Positions 8,979 through 20,804 of a DNA stretch of 32,577 nt are shown here, piece after piece. Each line of letters begins with the position of its first letter. Within the stretch, counting starts at the first letter, position 1. This DNA comes from Tolypothrix carrinoi HA7290-LM1. Lineage in GTDB: Bacteria; Cyanobacteriota; Cyanobacteriia; Cyanobacteriales; Nostocaceae. The stretch covers positions 1 to 32,577 of the forward strand of contig JAHHIK010000093.1 of NCBI GenBank assembly GCA_019358935.1, written 5' to 3'. The position numbers were made by a program, and so were the translations under genes. The notes below the pieces were generated by a model. That model worked only from the letters and a program-made list of their open reading frames with translations, was not told the DNA's origin and did not search any database.

Positions 8979-11900
8979 TTACCGATACAGCCAGACTCTC
9001 AGTAGTGAGAGCAACTGTTCGGTATCAACGGGTTTAGCGATGTAGTCCGAGGCGCCGGCGTCAATGCATTTTTCGCGATCACCTTTCATGGCTTTTGCAG
9101 TTAAAGCGATCATCGGTAAATTTTTAAATTCGTCAATAGCGCGAATGGCACGCATTGTTTCATAACCATCCATTCCTGGCATCATTACATCCATTAAGAC
9201 AACATTAATATCAGAATTGTTTTCTAACATGGTAATGCCGTCTCTACCGTTTTCAGCATAAAGAATTTCCATTTGATAAGGTTCTAACAAACTAGTAAGG
9301 GCGAAAATGTTCCGGATGTCATCGTCAACAATTAAAACTTTCTTGCCTGCTAGCACCGGGTCGCTTTGGCGTAGCTGTTCTAATAATAACTGTTGGTCAA
9401 TCGGTAAATTTGACTGAAGGCGATGTAAAAACAGCGATGTTTCGTCTAACAATCGTTCTGGGGAACGCGCATCTTTGACAATGATAGTGTCAGAAATACG
9501 GCGTAGTTCTGTTTCTTCTTGATATGTTAACTCCTTGCCAGTATAAATAATGATGGGTAAATAATTTAGATTTGGTTGTTGTTTAATTCGCTCGATTAAG
9601 TCAAAACCATTCATATCTGGCAATCCCAAATCCAATACTAAGCAATCAAAATGAGTAGTATTAAGTGCTGTTAAGGCTTCTGTCGCTGTACCAACGGCAG
9701 TAATGACCACATCGCCATTACCAATTAATTCAACTATGCTGCGGCGTTGTAATTCATTATCTTCTACCACGAGCAGATTTTTGACTTTACGTTCGACAAA
9801 TGTCTTGATATCCCTCAAAGCGTGAAAAAGTGCTTCACTAGTAATGGGTTTTTGCAAAAAGGCGATCGCTCCTTGTTGCAGACTTCGTTTTTGCCCTTCT
9901 TCAACTGTCATAATGTGAATTGGGATGTGCCGCGTGTTGGGGTCATGCTTCAAACGGTCGAGTACAGTCCAACCATCCATCACGGGTAAACGGATATCTA
10001 ACATTATCGCCGCAGGCTGAAATTCTCGTGCCATTGCCAAACCGACATCACCACGAGAAGCCACCAACGCTTTAAAGTTTTGTTCCTTTGCCAAATCGAG
10101 TAATATTCGGGCAAAGTTCAAGTCATCTTCAATAATTAAAAGAGTGCGATCGCCACAAAGAATATTTTGGCGATCGTCTTCAATTGCCGAAGGAGTGAAA
10201 GTGGGGGGAGTGGGGGAGGGGGGAGAGGGGGAGATGGGGGGGACAAGGGAGACAAGGGAGATGGGGGAGACAAGGGGGATGGGGGAGACAAGGGAGATGG
10301 GGGAGACAAGGGAGAAATTTTTCCCAATCGTCCCCCTTGTCCCCCTTGTCCCCCTTGTCCCCCTTGTCCCCCTGCTCCCCCTTGTCCCCCTTGTCCCCCT
10401 GCTCCCCCTTGTTCCCCTTGTCCCCCTTGTCCCTCTTGTTCCCTCACCGATGCAGAGTATGTCTGGGGTAGATAAAGAGTGAAGGTGCTACCTAAATCAA
10501 CTTGACTGACTAAGCGAATTTCGCCACCTAATAACTCGGCAATTTGTCGGCTAATAGATAAGCCTAAACCTGTACCGCCGTATTTGCGGCTAGTTGTGCC
10601 ATCTGCTTGTTGAAAGGCTTCAAAAATCACTTGCTGTTTTTCAGGGGGAATGCCAATACCAGTATCGCTGACTGCAAAGGCTATTACAGATTCAGCATTC
10701 TTTAGGCTTTGTTGGTCGCGACTCCAGCCTTCGGTTACAACTGACACCTGTAAACTTACCTGACCAAGTTCAGTAAATTTAAAAGCATTTGCCAACAAGT
10801 TATTTAGCAACTGTTGAAGACGTTTTGGATCTGTGTAGATAGCAGGGGGTAGTTGTTCATCAAAGTGAACGCGAAAATCTAGTTTTTTATCTTCAGCAAT
10901 CGAACGAAAAGTCCATTCTATATATCTTTGCAATTCGCTGAAAAAAGTTTCTTTTACTTCTACTTCCATTGTTCCCGACTCGATTTTTGCTAAGTCGAGA
11001 ATTTCATTAATTAGTGATAGCAAATCGTTGCCGGCAGAGTAAATAGTTTGGCTATATTCTACCTGCTTTTGTGTCAAATTTCCTTCATTGTTATTAGATA
11101 AGACTTGCGCTAATATCAGCAAACTATTTAATGGAGTTCTTAATTCGTGAGACATGTTCGCCAAAAATTGCGACTTGTATTTAGAAGTCGTGGCTAATTG
11201 TGTGGCTTTTTCTTCTAAATTTAGGCGTGCTTGCTCTACTTCGCGATTTTTGTATTCTACTTCCTGTTTTTGTTGAGCTAATAACTCAGTTTTTTCTTCT
11301 AATTCTTCGTTGAGTTGTTGTAACTCTTCGTAGCTTTGTTGTAAATCTTGCTGTTGCTGTCGCAATAATTTATCGGATTTTTGTAATGTTTCCGTTTGTT
11401 CCTCCAAGCGTTGATTACTTTGTACGAGTTCTTCTTGCTGGCTTCTTAACTCTTCGGTAAGCGATCGCGAATTTTGAAGCAATTCTTCGCTGCGTTGATA
11501 TGCAACAATATTATCAAGGACGATGCCAATACTTTCGCTGAGTTCGTCGAGAAAAGTCAGATGAATATCACTAAAGCGCTGAAATGAAGCTAGTTCAATC
11601 ACAGCTAATACTCGCTCTTCATACACAGCAGGTAAAACAATAATATTCATCGGGGTTGCTTCCCCCAGCCCAGAATTGATTTTAATGTAGTCGGAAGGTA
11701 CTTCTGTCAGCAAAATTCGCTCTTTTTCTAAAGCGCATTGTCCTACCAAACCTTCACCTAATTGAAAGCGGTTTGCTAAATGGTTGCGTTCTCGATAAGC
11801 GTAAGTCCCCAAAAGTGTTAAACTTGGCTGCTCCTGGTGTGTTGTCATGAAGTAAAATACACCATGATGAGCTGAGACTAAAGGAGCAAGTTCTTTGAGG

Positions 11901-12778
11901 ATAAGTTGAGAAACAGCCTTTAAGTTCCGTTGTCCTTGCAAAATGCGGCTGAATTTCGCTAAGTTAGTTTTTAACCAGTCTTGCTCTGCTGTTTTCTGAG
12001 TTGTTAAACGCAAGTTGGCAATCATTTTGTTAAATGTCTGTGCCAACATGCCTATTTCGTCGCGACGATTGTCAGCAGGTACACTCGTGTCTAAATCTCC
12101 CGCAGCAATTTTATCTGCAACCTGAGAGACTTCCTCAAGCGGTCGAGAAATGTTGCGATTGAGAAAAAAGGCGATTAATGTTAGAAGAACTAAATAAAGT
12201 GGGATACCAAAGGCAATACTGTAAGTCATTTGCCTTGTCGCTGCATCAGATGCTGCTGAACGCTGTTTTAACAACCTCAGTTCCTCAGTTTCGAGATCGG
12301 AAACCACACGGCGAATATCATCCATGATGATCTTGCCTTGGTCAATGACAATTGCTTGAGAAACACCTGCTGCGCCTTTAGTCCGGCGAATCTCAATAAC
12401 CTCCTTCAATCTGGCGATTCTTTTCTGTGTAAGAAATTCTACACTATCAAGCCGTCGCTGTTGGCTGGGATTATCTGCGGTCAACCTCCGTAGTTCTATA
12501 ATTTTTTTATTAATTACGGGAATCGCTGTATTATACGGTTGCAAGTAATCTTCTGAGCCAGTAATTAAATAACCGCGCTGTCCGGTTTCCGCATCTTTAA
12601 GCGTAGAAAGAAAATTTTCCAGGTTTGTGAGTACTTGGTAGGTGTGAGTTTGCCAGCGGCTAGTCTTTATCGTTTCTGTGGCAGTTCGGTAAATAAGTAG
12701 ACCAATAACTGTAAAAGATACCAGACTTACTGCGAAACTTGCTCCTATTTTGGTACTAATTTTGAACTTCTTTAACAT
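8979..12778 (-). pseudogene. Membrane hybrid histidine kinase (TM-CHASE3-like-TM-HAMP-GAF-coiled coil-HisKA-HATPase-3xREC) split by a frameshift near 10205-10235
   Basis: ORFs 10136-12844 and 8979-10121 join when the frame shifts in the C/G-run. The alternative frame reads [37 protein letters not shown], colinear with the paralog at 12980-18994. Likely start MLKKF at 12778. Confidence 0.88.
10201..10440. repeat. Inverted repeat cassette in the HATPase-REC linker; contains the frameshift
   Basis: (GGQ/GGA)n-RLGKI-(SPLSPP)n encoded by mutually complementary arrays. Confidence 0.95.
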
Positions 12779-12794
12779 TATCTGGTATCTGAAT

Positions 12795-12973
12795 GGGGAA
12801 TGGGGAATGAGGGACAAGGGGGACAAGGGAGACAAGGAGGACAAGGAGGACGACTTGGGGACAAGTGAGTGTTGACTTTTGACTCCTAACTCCTAACTCC
12901 TAACTTTAGTAGAGACGTTCTGGCGGAACGTCTCTACAACTCCTAACTCCTAACTCCTAACTCCTAACTCCTA
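12795..12973. repeat. Intergenic repeat complex with GGACAAGG units, (CTAACTC)n and an embedded GTAGAGACGTT...AACGTCTCTAC palindrome (12909-12937)
   Basis: Directly visible tandem and inverted repeats. Confidence 0.9.
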
Positions 12974-12979
12974 CAGGAC

Positions 12980-15900
12980 TTACCGATACAACCAAACTCT
13001 TAGTAGTGAGAGTAGTTGCTCGGTATCAACGGGTTTGGTGATGTAGTCCGAGGCGCCGGCGTCAATGCATTTTTCGCGATCGCCTTTCATTGCTTTTGCA
13101 GTTAAAGCAATCATCGGTAAATTTTGAAATTCATTTAATCGCCGAATAACTTGCATTGTTTCGTAACCGTCCATTCCTGGCATCATCACGTCCATCAATA
13201 CAATGTTAATGTCGGGGTTATTTTCCAGCATGGTGATGCCGTCTCTGCCATTTTCGGCGTAAAGAATTTCCATTTGGTAACGTTCCAGCAAACTGGTCAG
13301 GGCAAAAATATTCCGCACGTCATCATCGACTATCAGGACTTTTTTACCTGTCAGCACCGGATCTTGATGCCGTACTTGTTCTAACATCATTTGTTGAGCG
13401 ACAGGTAGATTCGCTTGGACGCGATGCAAAAATAAAGCGGTTTCGTCTAAAAGGCGTTCGGGTGATCGCACGTCTTTGACGATGATAGTATTAGAAATTC
13501 GTTGCAGTTCAGTTTCTTCGTGGGGTGTCAATTCTTTGCCGGTGTAGATAACGATCGGCAAATGATTTAAATTTGGTTCTTCTTTAATTTGCTCGATCAA
13601 CTCAATTCCGCTCATATCAGGCAATCCCAAATCCAGCACTACGCAGTCAAAGTGACCGGATTTTAGTGCTGCGAGTGCTGCTGCACCTGTACTTACACCT
13701 GTGCTAGCCACATCACTATTGCCAATCAGTTCGGCGATGCTATTGCGTTGGATGTCGTCATCTTCGACAATTAGCAAGTTCTTAACCGGACGCTCGACAA
13801 ATTGCTTAATATCGCTTAAGGCTTTCGAGAGTGCTTGACTGCTAACGGGTTTTTGCAAAAAGGCGATCGCTCCTTGTTGCAAACTTCGAGATTGTCCTTC
13901 ATCAGATGTCATGATGTGGACGGGAATATGTCGAGTGCCTGGATCGTGTTTCAAGCGATCGAGTATTGTCCAGCCATCCATCACGGGCAGGTGAATATCC
14001 AGCATAATCGCCGCCGGGTGTAGCTCTCGCGCCATTGCCAAACCCACATCGCCACGGGATGCGATTACTCCTTTAAAGCCCTGTTCCCGCGCTATATCCA
14101 GCAGAATCCGGGCGAAATTTAGGTCATCTTCAATAATCAAAAGAGTGCGATCGCCACTTTCGATATTTTGCCGATCGTCAGCGAGTGCTTGTTCGCTGAA
14201 TGTGGGGAGTGGGGGAGTGGGGGAGGGGGGGGACAAGGGGGAGGGGGGAGACAAGGGGGAGGGGGGAGACAAGGGGGAGGGGGGAGACAAGGGGGAGGGG
14301 GGGGACAAGGGGGAGGGGGGAGACAAGGGGGAGGGGGGGGACAAGGGGGAGGGGGGAGACAAGGGAGAAATTTTTCTTTGTCCTCCTTGTCCTCCTTGTC
14401 CTCCTTGTCCCCCGTGTCCCCCGTGTCCTCCTTGTCCCCTTAATCCCCCTTGTCCCCCCTCTCCCACTCCCCCACTCCCCCACTCCCCCTGTCTTTTTGT
14501 CACTTCTACTGACGGATAATAAGTTTGCGGCAAATAAAGAATGAAGGTGCTGCCTTTACCGAGTTCGCTGACTAAGCGAATTTCCCCACCGAGTAAGCGA
14601 GCGATTTCTCGGCTGATTGACAAGCCCAAACCTGTGCCGCCATACTTGCGATTAGTTTTGCCGTCTGCTTGCTGAAAGGCTTCAAAAATGACTTGCTGTT
14701 TATCGGATGCGATACCGATACCTGTGTCGGAAACTGCAAAGGCGATCGCTCGTCCAGCGCGGTTGAGAAGTTCGGCATCGGCGCTCCAACCTTGGCTGGC
14801 TACTGATACACTTAAACTTACGTGACCAAGTTCAGTAAATTTGAAAGCGTTTGACAGCAGGTTTTTCAGAACTTGTTGCAGTCGCTTGGTGTCGGTGTAG
14901 ATAGCGCGGGGTAAGCGATCGTCAAAGTTAAGGCGAAAATCTAAGTTTTTATCTTGGGCAATTGAACGAAAAGTGCCTTCTACATGATTTTGCAAGTCGG
15001 TAAATAGAGTTTCTTCGATTTCCACCGACATTGTACCTGATTCGATTTTTGCTAAATCAAGGATGTCATTAATTAATCCCAGCAAGTCGTTACCAGCAGA
15101 GTAAATCGTGTAGCTGTATTCGACTTGCTTTTTAGTCAAGTTGCCTTCGGTATTGTCTGCCAGCAGTCGGGCAAGAATAAGTAAACTGTTTAAAGGTGTC
15201 CGCAATTCGTGGGACATATTCGCCAAAAACTGCGACTTATATTTAGATGTCATTGACAGTTGTTCGGCTTTTTCTTCTATCGCTTGACGCGCTTGTTCGA
15301 TTTCGCGATTTTTCCGTTCTACTTCTCGATTTTGCATCGCCAAAAGTTCGGCTTTTTCTTCTAACTCTTCGTTAGTTTGCTGCAATTGTTCTTGCTGACG
15401 TTTTAGCAAGTCTTCGGAAGCTTTGAGAGATTGTGCTTGTTGTTCTAATCGTTTGTTGGTGTCGGTAAGTTCTTTTTGCTGACTTTGCAGTTCTTCGGTG
15501 AGAGATTGCGACTGTTTGAGTAATTCTTCCGTCCGCATACTGGCAGCGATGGTGTTCAGGACGATCGCTATACTTTCTGTAAGTTGATCTAAGAAAGTCA
15601 GGTGAATTTCACTAAAGCGGTGCATTGATGCAAGTTCGATGACTGCGGTAACTTGTCCTTCAAACAATACAGGCAAGACAACCACATTCATCGGCGAAGC
15701 TTCGCCTAAACCGGAACCAATTGTAATATATTCTTGCGGCACATGAGTTAAGAGAATTCGCTCTTTTTCTAAAGCGCATTGTCCTACCAAACCTTCGCCT
15801 AAGTGAAAACGATTTGATAAATTTTTCCGTTCGCGGTAAGCGTAGCTGCTGAGAAGTTTCAAGAAGGATGGGTGATTCTCAGCGATTTCCATCATGAAGA

Positions 15901-18900
15901 AGACACCGTGTTGAGCCGCCACCAAAGGCGCCAATTCTGACAAAATCAATTTGGTGACTGTTTCTAAATCGCGTTGTCCTTGCAAGATGCGGGTAAATCT
16001 AGCCAAATTGGTTTTCAGCCAATCTTGTTCGGTGTTTTTCTGGGTTGTTTCCCGCAAATTGGCGATCATTTGGTTGATATTGTCTTTGAGGATCGCTACT
16101 TCTCCTTGCGCTTCCACGGAAATTGATCGCGTTAAATCTCCTTTAGTTACACCGATCGCTACTTCGGCAATTGCTCGTACTTGCGTTGTCAAATTCGCTG
16201 CTAGTTCGTTTACGTTGTCTGTTAAGTCGCGCCACAATCCTGATGCACCGGGAACCTTCGCCTGTCCGCCCAATTTACCTTCACTTCCCACTTCTCGCGC
16301 TACTGTCGTTACTTGATCGGCAAACGTTGCCAAGGTATCGATCATTTCGTTGATTGTATCAGCTAACGTTTCGATTTCTCCTTGGGCATCTAACATCAGC
16401 TTGCGTTTTAAGTCACCGTTAGCTACTGCGGTAACGACTTTAGCGATACCTCGTACTTGCGCTGTCAAGTTGCCTGCCATCGAGTTGACATTATCGGTCA
16501 AATCCTTCCAAATGCCTGCTACACCGGTAACTTGGGCTTGACCGCCTAATTTTCCTTCGGTGCCCACCTCCCTTGCTACCCTAGTTACTTCTGATGCAAA
16601 GGAACTCAGTTGATCTACCATTGTGTTGATGGTGTTTTTCAACTCTAAAATTTCGCCTTTGACATCGACGGTGATTTTTTTGGATAAATTACCATTAGCG
16701 ATCGCACCCGCAACTTCGGCTATGTTTCGCACTTGTCCTGTGAGGTTGTCTGCCATTAAGTTGACATTATCGGTCAAATCTTTCCAAATTCCGGCAACAC
16801 CACGCACATATGCTTGCACACCCAACTTACCTTCGGTTCCCACTTCCCTAACAACCCGCGTTACTTCCGATGCGAAGGAGTTAAGTTGATCCACCATCGT
16901 ATTGATGGTGTTTTTCAACTCTAAAATTTCCCCTTTCACATCCACAGTAATTTTCTTCGACAAGTCACCGTTTGCGACTGCGGTTGTCACTTCCGCGATG
17001 TTTCGCACTTGTGCAGTCAAACTACCAGCCATGAAGTTTACACTATCAGTTAAGTCTTTCCACGTACCTGCTACCCCGCGCACTTCAGCTTGTACGCCTA
17101 ACTTACCTTCGGAACCAACTTCTCGCGCAACCCGCGTTACTTCACTAGAAAAGGAGTTGAGTTGATCCACCATCGTATTGACGGTGTTTTTCAACTCTAA
17201 AATTTCCCCTTTCACATCCACAGTGATTTTCTTCGACAAGTCACCATTTGCTACTGCCGTTGTGACTTCCGCGATGTTTCGCACTTGGGAAGTTAAACTA
17301 CCCGCCATGAAGTTTACACTATCGGTTAAGTCTTTCCACGTACCTGCGACACCACGCACATCAGCTTGTCCGCCGAGTTTTCCTTCGGAACCGACTTCCC
17401 TTGCCACTCTGGTGACTTCCGAAGCAAATGAGTTGAGTTGATCCACCATTATATTGATGGTGTTTTTTAACTCCAAAATTTCCCCTTTGACATCGACGGT
17501 GATTTTTTTGGAAAGATCCCCTTTAGCGATCGCTGTGGCAACTTCTGCAATATTACGCACCTGTCCTGTCAAATTGCCTGCCATCAAGTTGACATTATCA
17601 GTCAAATCTTTCCAAGTTCCTGCCACCCCTCTAACTTCAGCTTGTGCCCCCAATTTCCCTTCGGTTCCCACTTCCCGCGCTACCCGCGTTACTTCCGAGG
17701 CAAAGGAATTAAGCTGATCCACCATCGTGTTAATAGTGTTTTTCAACTCCAAAATTTCGCCTTTGACATCAACGGTAATTTTCTTCGATAAGTCACCGTT
17801 TGCCACCGCTGTTGTCACTTCCGCAATATTACGCACTTGAGCGGTTAAACTTCCTGCCATAAAGTTCACCGACTCAGTTAAGTCTTTCCACGTACCCGCC
17901 ACACCGCGAACTTCTGCTTGTCCGCCGAGTTTGCCTTCTGCGCCTACCTCCCTTGCCACTCTGGTGACTTCCGACGCGAAGGAGTTTAACTGGTCCACCA
18001 TCGTGTTGACGGTGTTTTTCAAGTCTAAAATTTCGCCTTTGACATTGACGGTGATTTTCTTCGACAAGTCACCATTTGCTACCGCCGTTGTTACTTCCGC
18101 AATATTACGGACCTGTGCTGTCAAATTGCCTGCCATCGAGTTGACACTATCAGTCAGGTCTTTCCAAGTTCCCGCGACACCGCGCACATCAGCTTGTACT
18201 CCCAATTTTCCTTCGGTTCCCACTTCTCGCGCTACCCGCGTTACTTCTGAAGCGAAGGAATTGAGTTGATCCACCATCGTGTTGATGGTGTTTTTCAAGT
18301 CTAAAATTTCGCCTTTGACATTGACGGTGATTTTCTTCGACAAGTCACCGTTAGCGACTGCGGTTGTTACTTCAGCAATATTCCGCACTTGATCGGTCAA
18401 GTTGCCTGCCATCAAGTTTACACTATCGGTTAAGTCTTTCCAGGTTCCCGCCACACCTGGCACTTGTGCTTGTACGCCTAATTTTCCTTCGGTTCCCACC
18501 TCCCTTGCTACCCGCGTTACTTCGGAGGCGAAGGAGTTGAGTTGATCTACCATTTTATTGACAATTTGGGCAGTTTGGAGAAACTCACCTTGCAAAAGTC
18601 TACCTTGAGTTTCGGTGGCGATCGCTTGCGATAAATCTCCATTCGCTACTGCCCGAATTACCCGCGCTGTCTCCGCTGTCGGTTGCACCAAGTCTGTAAC
18701 TAACGTATTTACTGACTCAACCGCAGCTTTCCAAGAACCTTTAGCATTTCCCAGCGTTGCCCGCTCGTTAATTTTACCTTCTTTACCGACAACATTACTC
18801 ACACGTTCTAACTCAGCCGCCATCCGCTCATTCATATCGATGATATCATTGAGGGTGTCAGCGATTTTTCCTCCTATACCAGTGTGATCTAGCGGCATCC

Positions 18901-18994
18901 GTGCAGAAAAATTTCCTTTCTTTACCTCTGCTAAAATTCTTAAAAGTTGCTTTAGGTCAAGATTATCTGTATCATTTGCTATTTGTGTTGTCAT
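12980..18994 (-). CDS. Soluble poly-HAMP hybrid histidine kinase (Nik1/Os-1/OsaA-like): ~10 x 92-aa HAMP repeats-GAF-coiled coil-HisKA-HATPase-3xREC
   Basis: [16 protein letters not shown]...GTWKDLTD repeats with 276-nt periodicity, [23 protein letters not shown] and three receiver domains. No TM segment. Confidence 0.95.
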   Translation of the reverse strand: MTTQIANDTDNLDLKQLLRILAEVKKGNFSARMPLDHTGIGGKIADTLNDIIDMNERMAAELERVSNVVGKEGKINERATLGNAKGSWKAAVESVNTLVTDLVQPTAETARVIRAVANGDLSQAIATETQGRLLQGEFLQTAQIVNKMVDQLNSFASEVTRVAREVGTEGKLGVQAQVPGVAGTWKDLTDSVNLMAGNLTDQVRNIAEVTTAVANGDLSKKITVNVKGEILDLKNTINTMVDQLNSFASEVTRVAREVGTEGKLGVQADVRGVAGTWKDLTDSVNSMAGNLTAQVRNIAEVTTAVANGDLSKKITVNVKGEILDLKNTVNTMVDQLNSFASEVTRVAREVGAEGKLGGQAEVRGVAGTWKDLTESVNFMAGSLTAQVRNIAEVTTAVANGDLSKKITVDVKGEILELKNTINTMVDQLNSFASEVTRVAREVGTEGKLGAQAEVRGVAGTWKDLTDNVNLMAGNLTGQVRNIAEVATAIAKGDLSKKITVDVKGEILELKNTINIMVDQLNSFASEVTRVAREVGSEGKLGGQADVRGVAGTWKDLTDSVNFMAGSLTSQVRNIAEVTTAVANGDLSKKITVDVKGEILELKNTVNTMVDQLNSFSSEVTRVAREVGSEGKLGVQAEVRGVAGTWKDLTDSVNFMAGSLTAQVRNIAEVTTAVANGDLSKKITVDVKGEILELKNTINTMVDQLNSFASEVTRVVREVGTEGKLGVQAYVRGVAGIWKDLTDNVNLMADNLTGQVRNIAEVAGAIANGNLSKKITVDVKGEILELKNTINTMVDQLSSFASEVTRVAREVGTEGKLGGQAQVTGVAGIWKDLTDNVNSMAGNLTAQVRGIAKVVTAVANGDLKRKLMLDAQGEIETLADTINEMIDTLATFADQVTTVAREVGSEGKLGGQAKVPGASGLWRDLTDNVNELAANLTTQVRAIAEVAIGVTKGDLTRSISVEAQGEVAILKDNINQMIANLRETTQKNTEQDWLKTNLARFTRILQGQRDLETVTKLILSELAPLVAAQHGVFFMMEIAENHPSFLKLLSSYAYRERKNLSNRFHLGEGLVGQCALEKERILLTHVPQEYITIGSGLGEASPMNVVVLPVLFEGQVTAVIELASMHRFSEIHLTFLDQLTESIAIVLNTIAASMRTEELLKQSQSLTEELQSQQKELTDTNKRLEQQAQSLKASEDLLKRQQEQLQQTNEELEEKAELLAMQNREVERKNREIEQARQAIEEKAEQLSMTSKYKSQFLANMSHELRTPLNSLLILARLLADNTEGNLTKKQVEYSYTIYSAGNDLLGLINDILDLAKIESGTMSVEIEETLFTDLQNHVEGTFRSIAQDKNLDFRLNFDDRLPRAIYTDTKRLQQVLKNLLSNAFKFTELGHVSLSVSVASQGWSADAELLNRAGRAIAFAVSDTGIGIASDKQQVIFEAFQQADGKTNRKYGGTGLGLSISREIARLLGGEIRLVSELGKGSTFILYLPQTYYPSVEVTKRQGEWGSGGVGEGGQGGLRGQGGHGGHGGQGGQGGQGGQRKISPLSPPSPLSPPSPLSPPSPLSPPSPLSPPSPLSPPSPLSPPSPLSPPSPTPPLPTFSEQALADDRQNIESGDRTLLIIEDDLNFARILLDIAREQGFKGVIASRGDVGLAMARELHPAAIMLDIHLPVMDGWTILDRLKHDPGTRHIPVHIMTSDEGQSRSLQQGAIAFLQKPVSSQALSKALSDIKQFVERPVKNLLIVEDDDIQRNSIAELIGNSDVASTGVSTGAAALAALKSGHFDCVVLDLGLPDMSGIELIEQIKEEPNLNHLPIVIYTGKELTPHEETELQRISNTIIVKDVRSPERLLDETALFLHRVQANLPVAQQMMLEQVRHQDPVLTGKKVLIVDDDVRNIFALTSLLERYQMEILYAENGRDGITMLENNPDINIVLMDVMMPGMDGYETMQVIRRLNEFQNLPMIALTAKAMKGDREKCIDAGASDYITKPVDTEQLLSLLRVWLYR
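14202..14490. repeat. In-frame inverted repeat cassette in the HATPase-REC linker
   Basis: GGQ/GGH units, then RKI, then 8 SPLSPP units. Confidence 0.95.
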
Positions 18995-19262
18995 CGCTTT
19001 ATTTTTAAGGAATATTCCTTGTTAGGTTTTGCGCTAATCAGTTTCATTTGTTAGATGGCAAGCAGATACAACCTTGATGCCATACTAATGGTTAATATCA
19101 AAAGTAGTATATTGAGCATTATGCAATCTAGAAGCCAATATCCGCTTCTACCTGAGGTGGAGGCAAGTTGATAATTAATCTATCCTAAGATAGATGATAA
19201 AATATACATCCTACGCAAATATGTTTAATTTTAGTTCGGGCGTTATGCTTTTTCGGTAATTT

Positions 19263-19330
19263 TAGGACTTACGCTTTAAACCGGCGTAGTTCCTTAATTT
19301 TCGTAGGGATAATTCATGAATTATCCCTAC
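19263..19330. repeat. AGGACTTACGC...GCGTAGTTCCT mini inverted repeat plus a perfect 28-bp REP-like palindrome GTAGGGATAATTCATGAATTATCCCTAC (19303-19330)
   Basis: Palindrome checked by base pairing. Relatives occur at 28008 and 28196. Confidence 0.85.
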
Positions 19331-19450
19331 TTACTGTGAATTTGCTTTAAGATTCAGAGAGTGAAACTTAATTTTAACAACAAGTCACAAAGCCGTTTTT
19401 CGCCTACTGTAATAAATATAAATCCCCTGCCCCCCTTTGGAGGAACAACC

Positions 19451-19777
19451 TTGGAAGACCAACCCCAGGACGAAGACTTGAAAGGTTTGAAAGCTCATTT
19501 AAACAATTTAGTGGAAGCTGTAGTCAAAGCTGTGGTGATGGCAAATCAGACGCAAGAACTTGATGATGTGCTGATGATTCGAGACGAGTTGCATCGTCTG
19601 CCGGACTATTTAATGACAGAGGTGATTAACGACGTTATCTTAAATTTAGTAAAAATAGATGCTGATTTGTGTCGCTGGTTTATTATAGATATTTTTCTGC
19701 GTGATGCCCAAGCGGAAGGCAAAGCTGATGTTGCCGAGAGAATTAACTTGCTAATCGCTGATTTGCAAAGGCGTTAG
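19451..19777 (+). CDS. Hypothetical helical protein; likely TTG start at 19451
   Basis: GGAGGA RBS at 19439-19444 precedes an in-frame TTG within ORF 19361-19777. Confidence 0.7.
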   Translation: MEDQPQDEDLKGLKAHLNNLVEAVVKAVVMANQTQELDDVLMIRDELHRLPDYLMTEVINDVILNLVKIDADLCRWFIIDIFLRDAQAEGKADVAERINLLIADLQRR

Positions 19778-20183
19778 TTGAAGAATCTTTCATCGCTAAA
19801 ATGGTACTTACCTGCTTTAGCAATTCATCAAAATCAATTGGCTTAGAGATAAAACCTTCTACTGCCACATCAAATTGCTCAGATGTATCTAGTTGTTCGC
19901 AGCCTGTAATCAGAATAATTGGAATAAAAGGCAAATTACTGTTTTGCCGAATGCGTCGAACCACTTCATAACCATGCATTCCTGGCATCATCACATCCAA
20001 CAGCAGCAAAGCCGGAGGTTCTGCTTCAATCATCGAAAGAGCATCCTGCCCATTATCAGCAACTTCTACTTGATATCCTTCTGCCTGTAAAACTGTCTCA
20101 ATCAAGAATAAATTGTCAGGTGTATCATCAACAACTAAAATACGTTTAACTTGTGAATCAGATGGTAGATCCAAACTTTCCAT
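19743..20183 (-). CDS. Single-domain response regulator (CheY-like receiver)
   Basis: ILVVDD, LLLDVMMP, ILITG and SKP motifs. Confidence 0.93.
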   Translation of the reverse strand: MESLDLPSDSQVKRILVVDDTPDNLFLIETVLQAEGYQVEVADNGQDALSMIEAEPPALLLLDVMMPGMHGYEVVRRIRQNSNLPFIPIILITGCEQLDTSEQFDVAVEGFISKPIDFDELLKQVSTILAMKDSSTNAFANQRLAS

Positions 20184-20264
20184 ATAATAAGCATTTAGTA
20201 TTCACTTAGCTTTAGTGTGTTGGCTGCAAGTCTTTAATTACTTCCGCCCAAGGAGGGATTTATA

Positions 20265-20327
20265 GGAATTGGGCATTGGGCATTGGGGCATTGGGAATTG
20301 GGAATTGGGCATTGGGGATGGGGGATG
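20265..20327. repeat. STRR heptamer array (GGGCATT/GGGAATT)
   Basis: Tandem 7-mers. Confidence 0.9.
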
Positions 20328-20434
20328 AAGTTAGAAACTGCTGCGGTTTGTCAATTTTTGTCAGGTTTTGTCCGGCAAATAGTCTACTAGGAGATAACTC
20401 TTTTTCCACTCCTATATCTAATGGGTCGGCTTAC

Positions 20435-20795
20435 GAGGCGTGATGCGTAAAGCCCCCGTCTTTCAAGCGGGGGATATAAGCGCTCTTGTTGAATTTATTC
20501 AACCGTCAGCCGTGATGCGGAAAAGTTGAACTTTGTCTGAAATTGCGCTAATATGAATAAATAGCGGTAATTCGCACATAAAAAGCCAAGTAGGTCTAGC
20601 GGACAGTTCCTGATCCGGAACCCTGGGGGCTAACCCAAAATCTTGTAGAACTGATAACTGGGAACCAAAAAACTCGTTTTTTAAACTGCGCTTCATTAAA
20701 CGCTGCGGGATACTCAGTGTAAGCTTGTGGAGGGTAAAGTCATTGGACTCCCCGTGAGACAAGAATCCCCGTCGATTTATCGCGGGGAGTGTCAA
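20435..20795 (+). mobile_element. Non-autonomous IS200/IS605-family mini-element (~360 bp, no tnpA or tnpB ORF)
   Basis: Upstream TTAC (20431-34), left end AAAG-CCCCCG...CGGGGG-AT hairpin, right end GAAT-CCCCG...CGGGGA-GTG-TCAA. This mirrors the IS608 guide/cleavage-site logic. Confidence 0.85.
20526..20554 (+). promoter_or_regulatory. Putative sigma70-type promoter inside the mini-element
   Basis: TTGAAC-N17-TAATAT. Confidence 0.5.
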
Positions 20796-20804
20796 ATTAC
20801 GAAT

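Noticed and set aside
15951..18887. Series of similar ~87-aa plus-strand ORFs
   Set aside because: These are antisense shadows of the 276-nt HAMP repeats.
20499..20795. 98-aa ORF MTLPAINRRGF
   Set aside because: It is the antisense reading of the IS605 right-end hairpin, with no protein family features.
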